Shown piece after piece: positions 12,301 to 24,749 of a stretch of 64,000 nt of DNA. The notes under the pieces were generated by a model. The model did no database searches. It was not told the origin of the DNA and worked only from the letters and a program-made list of their open reading frames with translations. Origin of the DNA: Camelus dromedarius. Lineage: Eukaryota. Position 1 is the first letter of the stretch. Each line of letters opens with the position of its first letter. Position numbers and translations under genes: made by a program. The stretch covers positions 22,942,001 through 23,006,000 of the forward strand of contig NC_087436.1 in assembly GCF_036321535.1 (NCBI RefSeq), read 5' to 3'.

Positions 12301-14249
12301 TTGATAGGACTGGCTTTAACATTTGACGCTATAATTTGTGGAGGAATTATCTTTGACTGACCTGCTGACGTATGCCTGGTAATTTCTCCCGCTAATATAA
12401 GTACTGACTGTGAAGTCCAGTTCTGTGTTGTGTTAAGGTTTTCCAACTTCCATAAAACCAGTAACAATAGGGCAATGTTTTTAAACTTTTCTGTACAGTA
12501 AAATTTTTATAAAAAGCACATTCCTTGCCGTAACTGTACCAGTGTTAAGTGTTAAGGGACACTCTGATCTGAAGCTCTCCATAAATTGAACGAGAGCTGA
12601 AGGAGGAGGTGCAGAGAGCCTGTTTTGCTGTATGTCTTGTATGCCTGACCCTGAGTTTGCGAAGGAGATGTCTGGTTTGTATCATACAGCCTCTCCCATG
12701 GTATTTGAGAAAAATATAAGCTATATCAGGAGAGACGATCTGGAAGTTCCTTGGAATTGCTTGGGGATAGAGCTTGCTTCTATAAATCATCAAAGAAATG
12801 ACATACTAAGTACCCAGGATAGAATCCAGGGAAATTGCCGTTGTTTTTTTTTTTTTTTAAGGAAATATGTGCATTCTGTGGTTTCTAAAGAACCTTTCAT
12901 CTAAGGAAATATCAGTGTGTTCACAAGTTATATATAGGCAGCGTCTCCATTAAAATGCTGCTAGCTCATGGGTGACTGCAGGAATAGCGATGGAAATATC
13001 TAAGCCACCCATTCTTACAATCAGATGCTTCCTGAGGACTTGTGGAGAAAGCAAGTAATTGTTCATGATTATGGCGTATTTTAATAAATGATATTGGTTT
13101 GGGTAAATATTCATGTTATTTTTGATTGTTGATTTCTGAATCTTTCCTAAATTAATGTCATTGTATCAAAGAAAGACCAAAAAATAATTGGTTACCTTTT
13201 AGGATATGAGCTGTATGGATAAGGCTTTTTTTCCTTAACTTGATATGATATTCCCACTATTAAAACACATGAAATAAAGGGAAGTGTCAAGATTACCTTT
13301 GGGAATTTTACAGTGTTTTCAATTTAAGAAGCACTTCATTTTCACCATAATTCCGGCACCAACACTAAAGTTCAGAGAATCAACTACTCAACAGTTCTTG
13401 CTTGAAAATAAATTGCAAAATCATAATCGATATTTAATTTTAAAAAAGGATATTAAAGAGCATGGTTCTGAATTGTTGCTTTCTTTTATTACTTTGTTTT
13501 TCAGTGTTCTCTCCTGACAGTAAAATTCACACTCCATTTATCTAAAGAGCCATAAAGCCAGAATTTCCTCAGAGCACTGTATGTAATGATTATGGCAAAA
13601 GTTCCAGTGGGGAACAGGCTTTTATTCTCTTTTAAACTGTCAAGCTGTTGGCAAAAGCAAGCACTCTGGTTAAATGACTAAGCAAATGGTTTCTGAGACA
13701 TGCCCCAGTCCTTCAGAGGACTCCGCAGGGAGCGTCTGGCTAAGGGACCGAGCACCATTTGTGGCCATGCATATCGAAGGTTAATCATCAAGGATTCTGA
13801 CTAACTCCAGCCGCTACCTCTTAATGAATGCCAAATGTGAACCCATCCGCCTTTTTTTCACATGACATCAGTACCATTTGAATGGAGCAGTTGTCTCGTG
13901 CTCTACACAATATGATTAATTCCACAGAGGGGTTTCGGGCTTCCAGCTGGTCCCAACATTGTGTACTCAGTATGCCAAGTGAGATTTCAGGAGGGGGTCC
14001 ATCAGTAGCAGAGTGTTCTCAGCCTTGTAACCATCATCTGCTATGTTCTAGCTTGAAGTTCTTGTCAGATTTACTCTGTTCTAGACATACATCTTATTCA
14101 AGCAGGAGTGGACAAAAAAAAAATTCCAAGCTCATTAACTATCTAATGATCTTTAAGAACCCTCACACAGGGAAGATTAAAAATCAGTGTCTTGTTTAGT
14201 GTCCATGAATGAGAGATGGGTTAAAGCAATTGGAATATATTCATACAAT

Positions 14250-14566
14250 GCAAACATCAGGGGCAGGGAGGAGGGCTGTGCTCCACACAGTCTCTCAGGG
14301 GCCAGGACTGATAGAGGCCTCACTTTCCTAATTACATGGCTTCTGGGGTTGCCCTTAGTGTCAATGTTCAGGCAGCAGTTGGGAAAGAAATAGGGGGGTG
14401 ACTGTGGGAGGCTGTTGTGGGCCAGGCAGGGAAATGACTCATACTCCCCTGACCAGGACTTAATCATGTGGCCATATCTAATTGCAGGGGAGGCTGGGAA
14501 TTGTAGTCTGTGTGCCAAGATCTAGAAGAAGCAGGCTTAGACACTAGCTACCCAGCCTCTGCTGTA
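14250..14566 (-). mobile_element. MaLR LTR (MLT1J/K-like) within an old L1ME remnant
   Basis: gaccaggacttaatcatgtggccatatctaattgcaggggaggctgggaattgtagtct is a characteristic old-MLT1 motif. L1ME-like pieces flank it at ~14160-14245 and ~14600-14680. Confidence 0.7.
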
Positions 14567-15042
14567 GAGTGATGGCAGCTGGGTAGGAGAGTGGAGCTGA
14601 AGCATCTCATTGTATAAGAGTGTGTATGTGTATAATTTGAACAATGTGAATATATGACCTATTCAAAAAATAAAAGACATTTCTCGGGACAAAGAAAGTC
14701 ATTATCTGCATAACATTTAGGGCCCTTATTCTGATTCTAGGCCATGTATTCCAGAGGATGCTGTCATTTATCATGGCTTATGAGCATGCTCTAATTAAAA
14801 AACAAAAACAAAACTATAGTTCCTTTTCAACCAAACTGATTCCAGAATCAGGGGAAACCTCTCCATAACCTGGGCTCTTCAATTTGGGGATTTTTTTCCT
14901 CCTCCCATCTCAGTTGGATGGCCCACTAACAAGGAATGATGGTGTGATTAGCCGACAAAAGAGAAGTTAGCCTTGACTGTTTAACTGGGGGAAAGCACCC
15001 AACCGTGCCCTTGGAAAGTCACTGTAACTGTTTGAGAGGGAC

Positions 15043-15072
15043 TGCGTCACAGTGCGTCACAGCGCATCACAG
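15043..15072. repeat. 10-bp tandem repeat x3 (tgcgtcacag)
   Basis: tgcgtcacag tgcgtcacag cgcatcacag. Confidence 0.85.
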
Positions 15073-15242
15073 CTCTCTGTGACCACGTTTGAGAACCAGA
15101 GGCGCTACTTCTCACTCCCCTGCTCAGATGTCTTCACAGCTTCATACTCGCTATTGTGAGACCCAAACTTCTTAGCCTGGCAGATAGAGAGTCTGACCTG
15201 ACATTTGCCTGTGTTTCCAACTTTATGTCTTCCCAAATCCTT

Positions 15243-15825
15243 CTAGGTTGTCCAATTTGTTGGCATATAATTGTTCATAGCATTTTCTTACGGTTTTTTG
15301 TGTATCTGTGGTATCAGTTGTTATTCTTTCTCTTTCATTTCTAATTTTGTTTGTTTGGGTCCTCTCTCTTTTCTTTTTAGTGAGCCTGGCCAAAGTCTTG
15401 TTGATTTTGTTCACTCTTTCAAAACATCAGCTCTTGGTTTTATTGATCTTTTTGTATTGTTTTTTAATCTCTTATTTATTTCCTCTCTGATCCTTATGAT
15501 TTCTTTATTTCTGCTGACTTGGGATTTTGTTTGTTTTTCTTTTTCTAGTTCTTATAGGTGGTAGGTTAAGTTGTTTATTTGAGATTTTTCTTGTTTTTTG
15601 AGGAAGGTCTGTATTGCTATGAACTACCCTCTTAGGACTGCTTTTGCTACATCCCGTAGATTTTGTGTGGTTGTGTTTTCATTGCCATTTGTCTCAAGAT
15701 ATTTTTCAGTTTCCTTTGATTTCATCATTGGTGTTTTAGAAGCATGTTGTTCAGTCTCCATGCAGTTGCTTTTTTCTCATTTGTCTTTCTGTGGTTGATT
15801 TCGAGTTTCATGCCATTGTGGCCAG
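15243..15825 (-). mobile_element. Internal L1 ORF2 fragment (end of endonuclease/linker region), no 3' UTR
   Basis: ORF 15223..15414 (NKTLARLTKKKRERTQTNKIRNERERITTDTTDTQKTVRKCYEQLYANKLDNLE) matches L1 ORF2p just after the endonuclease domain. Flanked by an 18-bp near-repeat. Confidence 0.93.
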
Positions 15826-15867
15826 ATATCTTGCCAAACCCTTTGAGTTTTCCCTATGACTGAAACC

Positions 15868-16170
15868 AGAGTTTCTCACACTGACATTCCCCAACAGATT
15901 TTTCTGGGAGGCATAATCAGGTGTACTGTAAACAAAAAGTAGTACATGAACAAATACATTTGTGAAAGATTACAGTGCATACCGTATTCCCTCTTGGGAG
16001 GATACATGTATTGAAGGCTCAGAGAAGCTGTGCAGCTTAGACACAGTTTAATTTTGTTCATCCTAGAATTTACCAAACTGAGTTAAATGCAGAAAATATA
16101 TCACATACCTCACCTAAGTGTCCTTGGGCACAGTGATACAGAGAACATCAAGTTGGAAGTTGCTTCTGTA
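15868..16170. mobile_element. hAT-Charlie-type non-autonomous DNA transposon (MER-type), degraded
   Basis: cagagtttctcaca start and tgaaggctcagagaagctgtgcag...tttaattttgttcatcctagaatttaccaaact core. Exact family not determined. Confidence 0.55.
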
Positions 16171-16499
16171 GACCCCTGTGGTCCAATGTGATTGCCACTA
16201 ACGTGGGACTACTGCACATTTGACAGGTGTCTCATGTTATATTTCTGTGCTGTCGTAGGATTCCTTGTTCATTCTTCCCTGAATAGTCTATGAAAAATAA
16301 ATCACTCCCTCCAACAGACTCTCACTTTGTGTCTTTTCTCACTGTATCATGAATATTTACTTATGTTTCTCATTCAACAACTGTGTGTTTTTCCCCCTGA
16401 TTATTGTTCTATTCATTATAGGGATTCCAGTGTCTAGTACAGTGCCTGACATACAATGTTATGGTTGGGTTTAGTTTGCCCCTGTTTCTTCTCTATTCA

Positions 16500-17920
16500 T
16501 TTTAAAGACAAAAAAAATTTTTTCAATTTTTATTTTGCCCTTAAAATGTTTCATGCATATATGACATATTATAAAGCTAATAAACATCCTATTCTTAGAA
16601 GAAATTTAGAACACTTTAACTCCAGTCATCTCTCTCCCTTATTGTTGTATTTTTAGGTCCTTTTTTTTTTTTACATTATCAAATAAATTGTTTTGTTGTT
16701 ATAGTAATTATTATTATATCTGTTTTAAACAATTGGTGCTTACTTGTATATAAATCCATTTTTACCAGTTTTGTTATTCATTCTTCCTTCTCTATCTCTT
16801 TTTCTTTTTTCTTCTGGGTTCAGTTTCCTTCTTCCTAAACAATGTATTTAAATACTGTTTTTTAACAAGGTCTTTTAGTGGTAAACTCTAACTCTTTGCC
16901 TAAAAATGCCCTGGATTCAATGTAATTTTTAAATGATAGTTTATCTGGTTATGAAATTATAGATCTTTTTTTTTCTGATTCTAGATACTCTGTGTTTGCT
17001 TCTGCACCCAGTTGTATTTCTGGGAGTTCCTGGAACATACATGTTATTTTAAATTTGAACCATAAGCCTAAGTGGGGAGAAACCCATAGATACCAATTTT
17101 TTCAAAATTATCATGATTTATTAATGTTATTTGAGATCTATATGTGCTTCTAAATTAATATAACTTCCATAAGTTAAGCATTTGGCTGTTTTAATCTGTA
17201 TCCCTAAAGGTTTCTATTCAAGTTGGCCTAAAAACATTGTTTTATAGATTCTTCTTTTTATTGAGTATAGTTGATTTACAGTATTATATTAGTTTCGTGT
17301 GTACAACATAGTGATTCAAAGTTTTTACAGATTATTCTTCATTTGTAGTTATAAGATATCGGTTCTATTCCCTGTGCTGTACAATATATCCTTGTAGTTC
17401 ATTTATTTTATACCCAATACTTTGTACCTCTTACTCCTCATCCCTGTCTTGCCCTTTCCCTCTTCCCACTGGTAACCACTGGTTTGTTCTCTATAAACAT
17501 AGATAGGAATTTTAAGAGGAGGACACCCCCCCCCCATTTATGCTTCTTGTCTTCTCCTGTGACTGAGGGAGAATTTTTTTCCAGAGTCAGTGTTTTACTG
17601 TAGGATTACCATTGCGTTCTGTAGTCCCATTGCTATAGATGGATCTCAACTCCAATTCACGTCTTGAGCATCTTCCAAGCCTCATTTTTTTGTTACATTG
17701 AAGCCAAACTTTTCAGTTATCTAGGACCAATCCATTGGCAGTTCAGGTACCACCACCTCCACCCTGTCTAATTTTTGGTCCTGGAAATTTCCCTTATGTT
17801 CTTACAATCCTAGCTATTGCATTTCAAAGCTATACATTTCAGAGAATATTTGTTATATTTTAGCAAGCATTTTCTAGGGTTTCATAAGAGATAAGTTTAC
17901 CAGCTAACTATTCTACCATA
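16500..17920 (-). mobile_element. Old, decayed L1 (L1MC/ME-type) fragments
   Basis: Antisense L1-like tracts such as ggtcttttagtggtaaactctaactctttgcctaaaaatg...aatgatagtttatctggttatgaaatt. Boundaries uncertain. Confidence 0.5.
17255..17495 (-). mobile_element. L1 3' end (laurasiatherian/artiodactyl type)
   Basis: ttgagtatagttgatttacagtattatattagtttc...ggtaaccactggtttgttctctat. Confidence 0.9.
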
Positions 17921-18079
17921 TTGGCATAAACTGAGGCTTAATGCATGTTAAATGAGTAAATGAATGTGTGTATAAAGAATAAGAACTTTCTGGCAGAAAG
18001 AACAGAGCAAAAGAGTAAGGGAGGCCAGAAAGCACAGAGGTGGTTTGTTATTGTTTGGTTTGTCTGGAGACCTGCTGTC

Positions 18080-18325
18080 TGACTTGTTAGCTCTGTATGG
18101 CTGGGGCACTTGAAGTGTGACTAGGGAATTGAGACAAGCTGAAGGTGTAAAATCCAAACTAGATTTTGAAGACTTAGTATGAAAAAAAAAGTGTAAAATA
18201 TTCCAGTAGATTTTTTCACTGATAATCTATTGAAGTAATATTTTAGATATGTTGGGTAAAACATATTAAATTAAATTTCACCTTTTTTTAATGTGGCTCC
18301 TCGAAAAATTTAAATTTTGTTTCTG
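18080..18325. mobile_element. MER33/MER3-like hAT-Charlie element
   Basis: gcacttgaagtgtgactag...gattttgaagacttagtatgaaaaaa...ttaaatttcaccttttttaatgtggct. Confidence 0.75.
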
Positions 18326-20326
18326 GTGTCCCTTGGCCAGTACTAGGGTGCATTGTAGGTACACAATAAACTTGGACTGAATAAAAGAAGGTACTTAATA
18401 CACTCACCTTGTCTCTCCTTATTCCTAAACTTGTTGTGCAATGAGACCCACAATGTCTACAAACACTTCCCATACTGGATTTCCTGTGGATCAGATTCGT
18501 GCATCCAGTGTGACGTGCGAGAATAGAATTTAGTTTCCTCCACGTGGCAAATTTAGATGGAAAGCAGTTAGGAGAAATGAGTTTAGATAAATGCTTTTGA
18601 TGATCATTTGAGTAGAACCACACACCTATCTTTGATAATAGTCTTCCATGTTTTTGTGACACTTTGTTTAGGTGACGTAGAAAAGTATATTATATACTGA
18701 AAAGCACTCAAGGAATCTCAAAAATGTAGTAAAAAAAAAAAACTTTCTCAACTTGATACTGTATTTTTCTCCAACATTTTAGCCAATCTGCTTCCCTGGA
18801 TCAGCTTTCATCCACTGGTTGCGTGTACAGAATGATAAAGATGGTGCTGGAATGTAGAAAATGTCATATGTCCAAAGGATTTGTTTCTTACCAGGATATT
18901 TTTAAATTTGCTTGGTCACTGAATGGTATTTTGCCTTTACGTTGAGAAACAAACTATAACTGGCAACATCAGACAACCAAACAAAAAGTTTACAAAGGTA
19001 CCACCTCACTCCCATCTGTGCACAGCCATTAAGCCAGTAATGTGACTTTTTAAGGGTGTTTTGCCTTATTTTGCCTTCATCGGTCTATACGTTGCACAAT
19101 AGCCCCTCTAACAAAGTCTGTATGTTCTTTTCCTGGGGGAGACGGGGTTAGTAAAATCATATAAGAGGATCATAATCTAAAAGATTCGAAACTTCCAGAG
19201 AGCTGTTGTTCCACCAGCCTGCAGAACACACCCTGGTGCCAAGAGATCATGAGCCTTGCTTCCAAACTGTGCACCAGCTGTCTGTCCCCAGTGACCATTT
19301 TTGCCTGTGTAAAGAGAGATTTCTTTCTCGTCACCCCTTATTCTCTTACATTGGCCCTCATGTCTTAGGACATTTGCTGGGCCTCCAGATGTTGTAAGTC
19401 GCCGCAGCTGTGGTCCCAGGACTCTGCTCTAATGAATGCAGCGTGAGTTCCAGTACCCTTTCCTCTGTCCACTGGTTGCAGGAGCAGTTAGCAAGCTGCG
19501 TGGCTCGGCTAGGGTTCATGTCTTCCTTTTTGAGTCCTACTGCCACAGAGTCTATTTCATTTACAGTTTCTCCCATGCATGGGGTATGCGTGTGGGGCAC
19601 CAGAGACAGCTGGCCTTTGGCATGGGGTGTTACTGATAGCCTGGTTCCCACATGTTGGGCTTTTACCTGGAACAACGGGACACATCTGTTCCCCCAAGGC
19701 CCTGTGTTGGGGAGACAGGCATATGGACCAAATGATAAAAGCTTTTGGAAATGGGAAGCATAGCCACCTTTGAAGTGGAATTATCTGTAACTTTTATCAG
19801 ATGTCCTGATTTCATCCATATGTCTAGGGTTCCAGTCTGCAGGCAAGGAATCGCCCATTTACCTCTATTTGTTAGCCAGCGGGAAAAATGGTCCCAGAAG
19901 TCAAGTGGGAAGCCAGGTTTTGTGATGGTGCCTCTTTTCTTCCATTACGTCTTGATCCCTTAGATTTCTGATGCGACTCAGTAGTGTTTGTGGGCAAGTT
20001 GCTATGCTTTGCTGGAGTGTGCAGCCAAAAAAAAAAGAGGGAAAATATTTTACCTGTTCAGTGCAGCTTAGCCACAGTGGTTTTTCTTGGCCAGTGTGCA
20101 GGGTCCAGTTTAGCCAGGATCTCATCCTCAACCCTGCATGGATCTTACTCAATCATGTAATCAAATGAAACAGCTTAGATCATGAAGAGTGTCTTAAACA
20201 AAAAGAAAAAAAAGAAAAAAACCACATCATGAAATGACTCTAATTGGCCCGCAGAGCTGAGTAGGTGGGAACTGTGTAGCTGGCCGTGGTTCATAGAGGT
20301 TGCTGTAGTCTCGTGTTGAGAATTAC

Positions 20327-20526
20327 CTCTTAGTCCCCTGGGCAGTAGAAGAAGCATTTCAAACAGAATAAACGAAGAATGGGCATTTTCGAGAGCCGGG
20401 GCACTTGGGAAGTTGACTCTGAGAAAATTCGAAAAATTCCACGAGCAGGTCCCTGCTCCATGGGCACAAGCCTTGGATCACAGGGACTAGGATGGAATCC
20501 AGCCCACTCACTCCTCAGCCTAAAGT
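20327..20526 (-). other. Candidate first exon of an unidentified transcript
   Basis: Runs from the predicted TSS to AAGAG|GTAATT (GT at 20326-20325). Contains ATGs including MLLLLPRGLR followed by a phase-1 donor. No homolog recognised. Confidence 0.3.
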
Positions 20527-20650
20527 GCTGGCTCAGCACGCACTGCCTTTTATAGTGGCTTTACCTGAAAATGTGGAGTTATAGCACATGTGCATGTAAA
20601 TTACCCAAATGAAACTCTGGCTTACTGCGGGGGGGGGGGGCGGGGGGGCA
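20526..20650 (-). promoter_or_regulatory. Candidate TATA-box core promoter firing leftward
   Basis: Minus-strand TATAAAAG at 20554-20547, Inr-like CA(CTTT) with A at 20526 (28 nt downstream), and a G-run with GGGGCGGGG ~85 nt upstream, inside a repeat-poor block. Motif evidence only. Confidence 0.45.
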
Positions 20651-22299
20651 AGAAAAATATCTTTCAAAATATCCCTACTGAACAGAATCAGCAAAAGCGC
20701 ACCATAAACCATGGAGCTGTCAAGCCTGACGCAGTTAGAGAAACCAACAAAATATATGTGTGAAAGAGTTTAAGGATTTTTTTCTTGCCATTGACCAATA
20801 AAACAAAATAAAATGGAAACAAACCAACATGCCTCTCCCCAAAATCTCCAGTGGCCAAAGAACTGAGAGGAGAGTACTTTGTGGGTGCATCAGCTGAGTA
20901 ATGGCGAGTCTACAGAAGCAGTGACTATCAAAAAGTTAAAGGAAGTGATAAAATCACCAAGCAGGTGGTGCAGTAAACACAAACCAACATTTATATCGTA
21001 CTTTATGGGTGATTCAAGGAGTTTGCCAGGCTAATTTTGACTTATAAACTGAATTTAGAATCTAACCATAAACTGCTAATCCAGTCAGTTTATGCATTTA
21101 AAGCTCTCTTCTTTATCATCTTGAGAGGGTCCATCAGAGGACCAAGGAAATAACCTTGCTGCTGGGACCTTCTGTGCTTTAAATGCCTGTTGTTCAGAAA
21201 TCCATTTGAATTGGTTAGTTTTAAAGACGTGTGAAAGAGACATTTGCTCTTACCAGGCTGGGAAATATGAAAAGGTTTTCATATGCATTTCCAGATGGTA
21301 GATATTTAAATCTCCGTTGAGTTCTTCAACATATGCTGGGGAATTTGACGTTGAGGGATGGGAGAGGTGATGATAATGATTATGAAAATTTAGCACATAT
21401 TTCTATACCTGAGCACAGTTCACTTGAGAAATCACTTTAAAACACTCTCGTCCTGAGACTTTTTTATGGTAAAATTTCCACTAAAATGAAAGCGATCTGA
21501 TTGTTGATTTTCTCATCTAATAAGAACTAAATATAGTCTTTCAATGACTCTTACCAAGCATGACAGTGATACTTCAAAAAAAAAATCTTTTTTCATACCT
21601 AGAGAAAAGAATTTTAAATTAATTACACAGAACTAGAGAGGTGTCACCACAATTACCTAAAATCATTTTCTTGGTGATTATAAGGTATTTTGCATTTGAC
21701 ATGGACCTTTTCGTTCTAGACCATTGATTTTATTTACATTATGAGATCCAAGAGTTTGCATCTTTTTGTAAACCAGATTAAAATGTTGATGTGGTCTGTA
21801 CAGAACCAGAAGTTATGTTCCAGGAAATCCTGAACTCACACTATTTATTGCAGTGGATTTCTCCTAACATTCTTTGGGTAAAGTTCCTTTTTTCATATAC
21901 TTTTTTTTTTTTTTTTTTTTTGCTGTCAGGTTGCCTTTAAAGGATTTTTTGGTGACTACAGATAAACAGGAAAAAACCCAGCAGTGTTGTATAACGGGGA
22001 CGACCCCTTGGAAAAAGACCTGCGCCATATTTCAGTATAATTATGACCCTTTCCACTTGTCTTTCTTTGAGTCAGAAAATACAGGGTCAGTAGTTTTTGT
22101 GGTGATTTTATTTTCCCTCCTTTTTTTTTTTTAATTTATGCATGACTACAACTGCAGAATGCTGGGGAAGTGACTTGTGGCATCTTCTCTGCCAGTCCTT
22201 TTTGTGAGGACTCTGGCAGAGAGTTGACAGCTGGAAACTCTTTCCAGCCACTCCTCTCCATGCTGCCTGAATCTGGAAACCGTGTGCTAGAACTAGCCA

Positions 22300-22790
22300 G
22301 TGAAGGTGACGTGGAGGGCATGCGTGGCAGAAGGCTTACTAGAGTCGCACAGACTTAGAGGAAGTCGGATAAGGCCGGGGGTATTGCTTTGCCTGTTAAT
22401 GATAAAGAAAATGTACGGGGGGGGGGGGCAGAGAGAGGCACAGGCACCCGGGCTGGAGGGCTCCGAGGACCAGGGTGAGATATTTGGACTTTATTCAGCA
22501 GGGAAACAAGAGACACTGAGGTTTCACAAGCAGGGAGGAGATGCTATGGTATTTAGACCCTGGATGATGTGGTCAAGGCAGTGAAGTGGACAGGGGTTCT
22601 GGTGGACCAGGAGAAGTGTAACCGAATAAAAGAGCATCGTGACAGTATGTGCAAAACATGAAGACGTCCCTTCCGAACTGCAGTGGTGACAACAGACATG
22701 AGAAGGAAAAGGGGGATTCAAGACACAGAATATTAGGACTTGGCAACCTCGAGGGACTAGACTGACATTTAAAGGAGAAAAGCCTGCACT
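22300..22790 (-). mobile_element. L2 fragment
   Basis: Purine-rich antisense L2-like sequence (gagatatttggactttattcagcagggaaacaagagacactgaggtttcacaagcaggg). Confidence 0.6.
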
Positions 22791-22799
22791 CAGGTCTGT

Positions 22800-22940
22800 G
22801 CACACCCACCTTCATGCTGTGTGACCTTGGATGAGTGCTTCTCACCTTCCCTCCTGTTTTCTGTTGGGAGTTAAAAAATTATAATATCTGCATCAAATGA
22901 AATGTCATAGGTTAAGTGTTTATAAACCTTAAGCAGCATA
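22800..22940 (+). mobile_element. MIR fragment
   Basis: gctgtgtgaccttggatgagtgcttctcacc MIR core. Confidence 0.6.
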
Positions 22941-23029
22941 TAATTTTTTATTATTGGAGTTTTATTATTAAAGGCTATGTATTATTATATTGGATTTATT
23001 ATTGGAGGTTTATAGAGGATGAAAACAAA

Positions 23030-23662
23030 GAGTGTAAAACCTGCACACATATCTTTATAGGAGCTTTATTTGTAATAAAGCTTGGAAGCAATCATGATGT
23101 CCTCCGGTCAGTGAATGGATAAATAAACTGTGGCACAGCAGGACAATGGGATATTATTCAGCACTAACAAGAAATGAACTACCAAGCCAGGAGAAGGCAT
23201 AGAGGAACTTTAAATGCATATTACTAAGGGAAAGAAGGCAACCTGAACAGGTGACATACTGTATGATTCCAACTGTATGACGTACTGGAAAAGGCAAAAA
23301 ACTATGGAGACAATAAAGAGACCAGAGATTGCCAAGGTCTTAGGGGGGATGGAGAGATGAACAAGTGAACACAGAGGGTTTTTAATATCTGTATGATACT
23401 ATAATGGTTGAAGCGTATCATTTATATGCATGTCAGAACCCATGGAATGGGCAGCACAGAGAATGAATCCTAATATAAACTGTGGACTTTGAGTGAGGGT
23501 GGTGTTTCAGTGTAGGCTTATTGATTGTAACAAACGCACCACTGGGGCGAGGGATGTTGGTGGTGGAGGAGGTTGGAGGGGTGGAGAGAGGCATGTGGAA
23601 ACACTGTACTTGCTGCTCGGTTTTGCTGTGAACTTAAAATTGCTCTGAAAAATACATTCTTT
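23030..23662 (+). mobile_element. L1MC-type 3' end
   Basis: gaatggataaataaactgtgg...actgtatgattccaactgtatgacgtactggaaaaggcaaaaaactatggagacaa...ttttgctgtgaacttaaaattgctctgaaaaat. Confidence 0.9.
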
Positions 23663-23679
23663 AGTTGAAGAAAGAAGGT

Positions 23680-24720
23680 CTAAGATGATCCCAAGATCTT
23701 AAGCCTGTAACAGAAATAATAACAATAAAAATGCTCCTCACGGAAGTAAGAATGTTAGGAAAAGAAGCTGATTTCTGAGAAAGATGGTACACGCTTGGGG
23801 CATTTAAGTCCAAGGGACTTGAATAACAATCACGTGGAGCCATCCAGCAAGTAATTGGGAGGCAGGATTATTTGATGGTACTTGACAGTTACAGAGTGTG
23901 TTGGCATGGGTTGATGTGGTCTCCGTTGTATCCTACACATGAGATAAAGAGATCAACACGATGATTTCTAAGATTTCTTTCACCCATGAGATTTTGTGAT
24001 CGTCAGGAAAAGACTGGAAGTGGGATAGAGATGCTAGACTCACCTCAAGGGGATGTTGAGGCATTGGCAGTGGAGGAGGTTGTCAAAAGGAACAGATCTG
24101 GGCTCAACACAGAACCTGGAAGAACTGCTCAATGTACTGGGTGCAGGAAATTCAGGGGAGCCATCAGAGATGGGGAGGAGAACCCACCCAGCTCATGAAC
24201 AGGAAGCACACCACGAAGGGAGTTTTATGCAGAAGTAGATTGTCAGCCAGCTGCAGCGATGTTAACGAAGCAAGATTGAAGTGTCCAAATGGTTCTGAAA
24301 TTAGGTTGTGCTGTCGCCTTTGAGGAGTCCATTGTTTTGAGTGATGGGGACAGGAAACACATTGTTGTCAAGATCTGGGCAAACAGCAAGTGTCAGGGAT
24401 GTTGTCAGGGAAGAATACAAGCAGGAAGCAATAAACCAAAGGGATGAGAGCATGATCAGAAGGTAGTTTTGTAACAGGGAAATCTCCAGAGAAGGTGGGG
24501 GGACCAGCGGAGGCATCATGTTACCAGCTTTGAAAGTCAGAAGAGGGGAATTAAGAATTCAGTTGTTTCTCTCCTGGCTGAGGATTGGAGAAAGGTTGCA
24601 TTGGGGAAAAGGAAAACTTCCTTAGAGCCCTGAGTGAAAAAAGAGCAAATGCTTGTTGATAGAGAAATTCTGATGTAAAGATGACAGCCAAGAAGGAAGC
24701 TTAGAAGAGCCACTCTTAGG
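23680..24720 (-). mobile_element. L2 fragments
   Basis: Long purine-rich, decayed antisense L2-like stretch. Boundaries approximate and may include a MIR piece near 23870-24000. Confidence 0.55.
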
Positions 24721-24749
24721 AGTACAATTGGCATCAACTCAAGAGACCG

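Noticed and set aside
21929..22086. Plus-strand exon candidate after poly-T...cag
   Set aside because: The acceptor is just a T homopolymer, the donor (gg|gtcagt) is weak and the peptide is unrecognisable.
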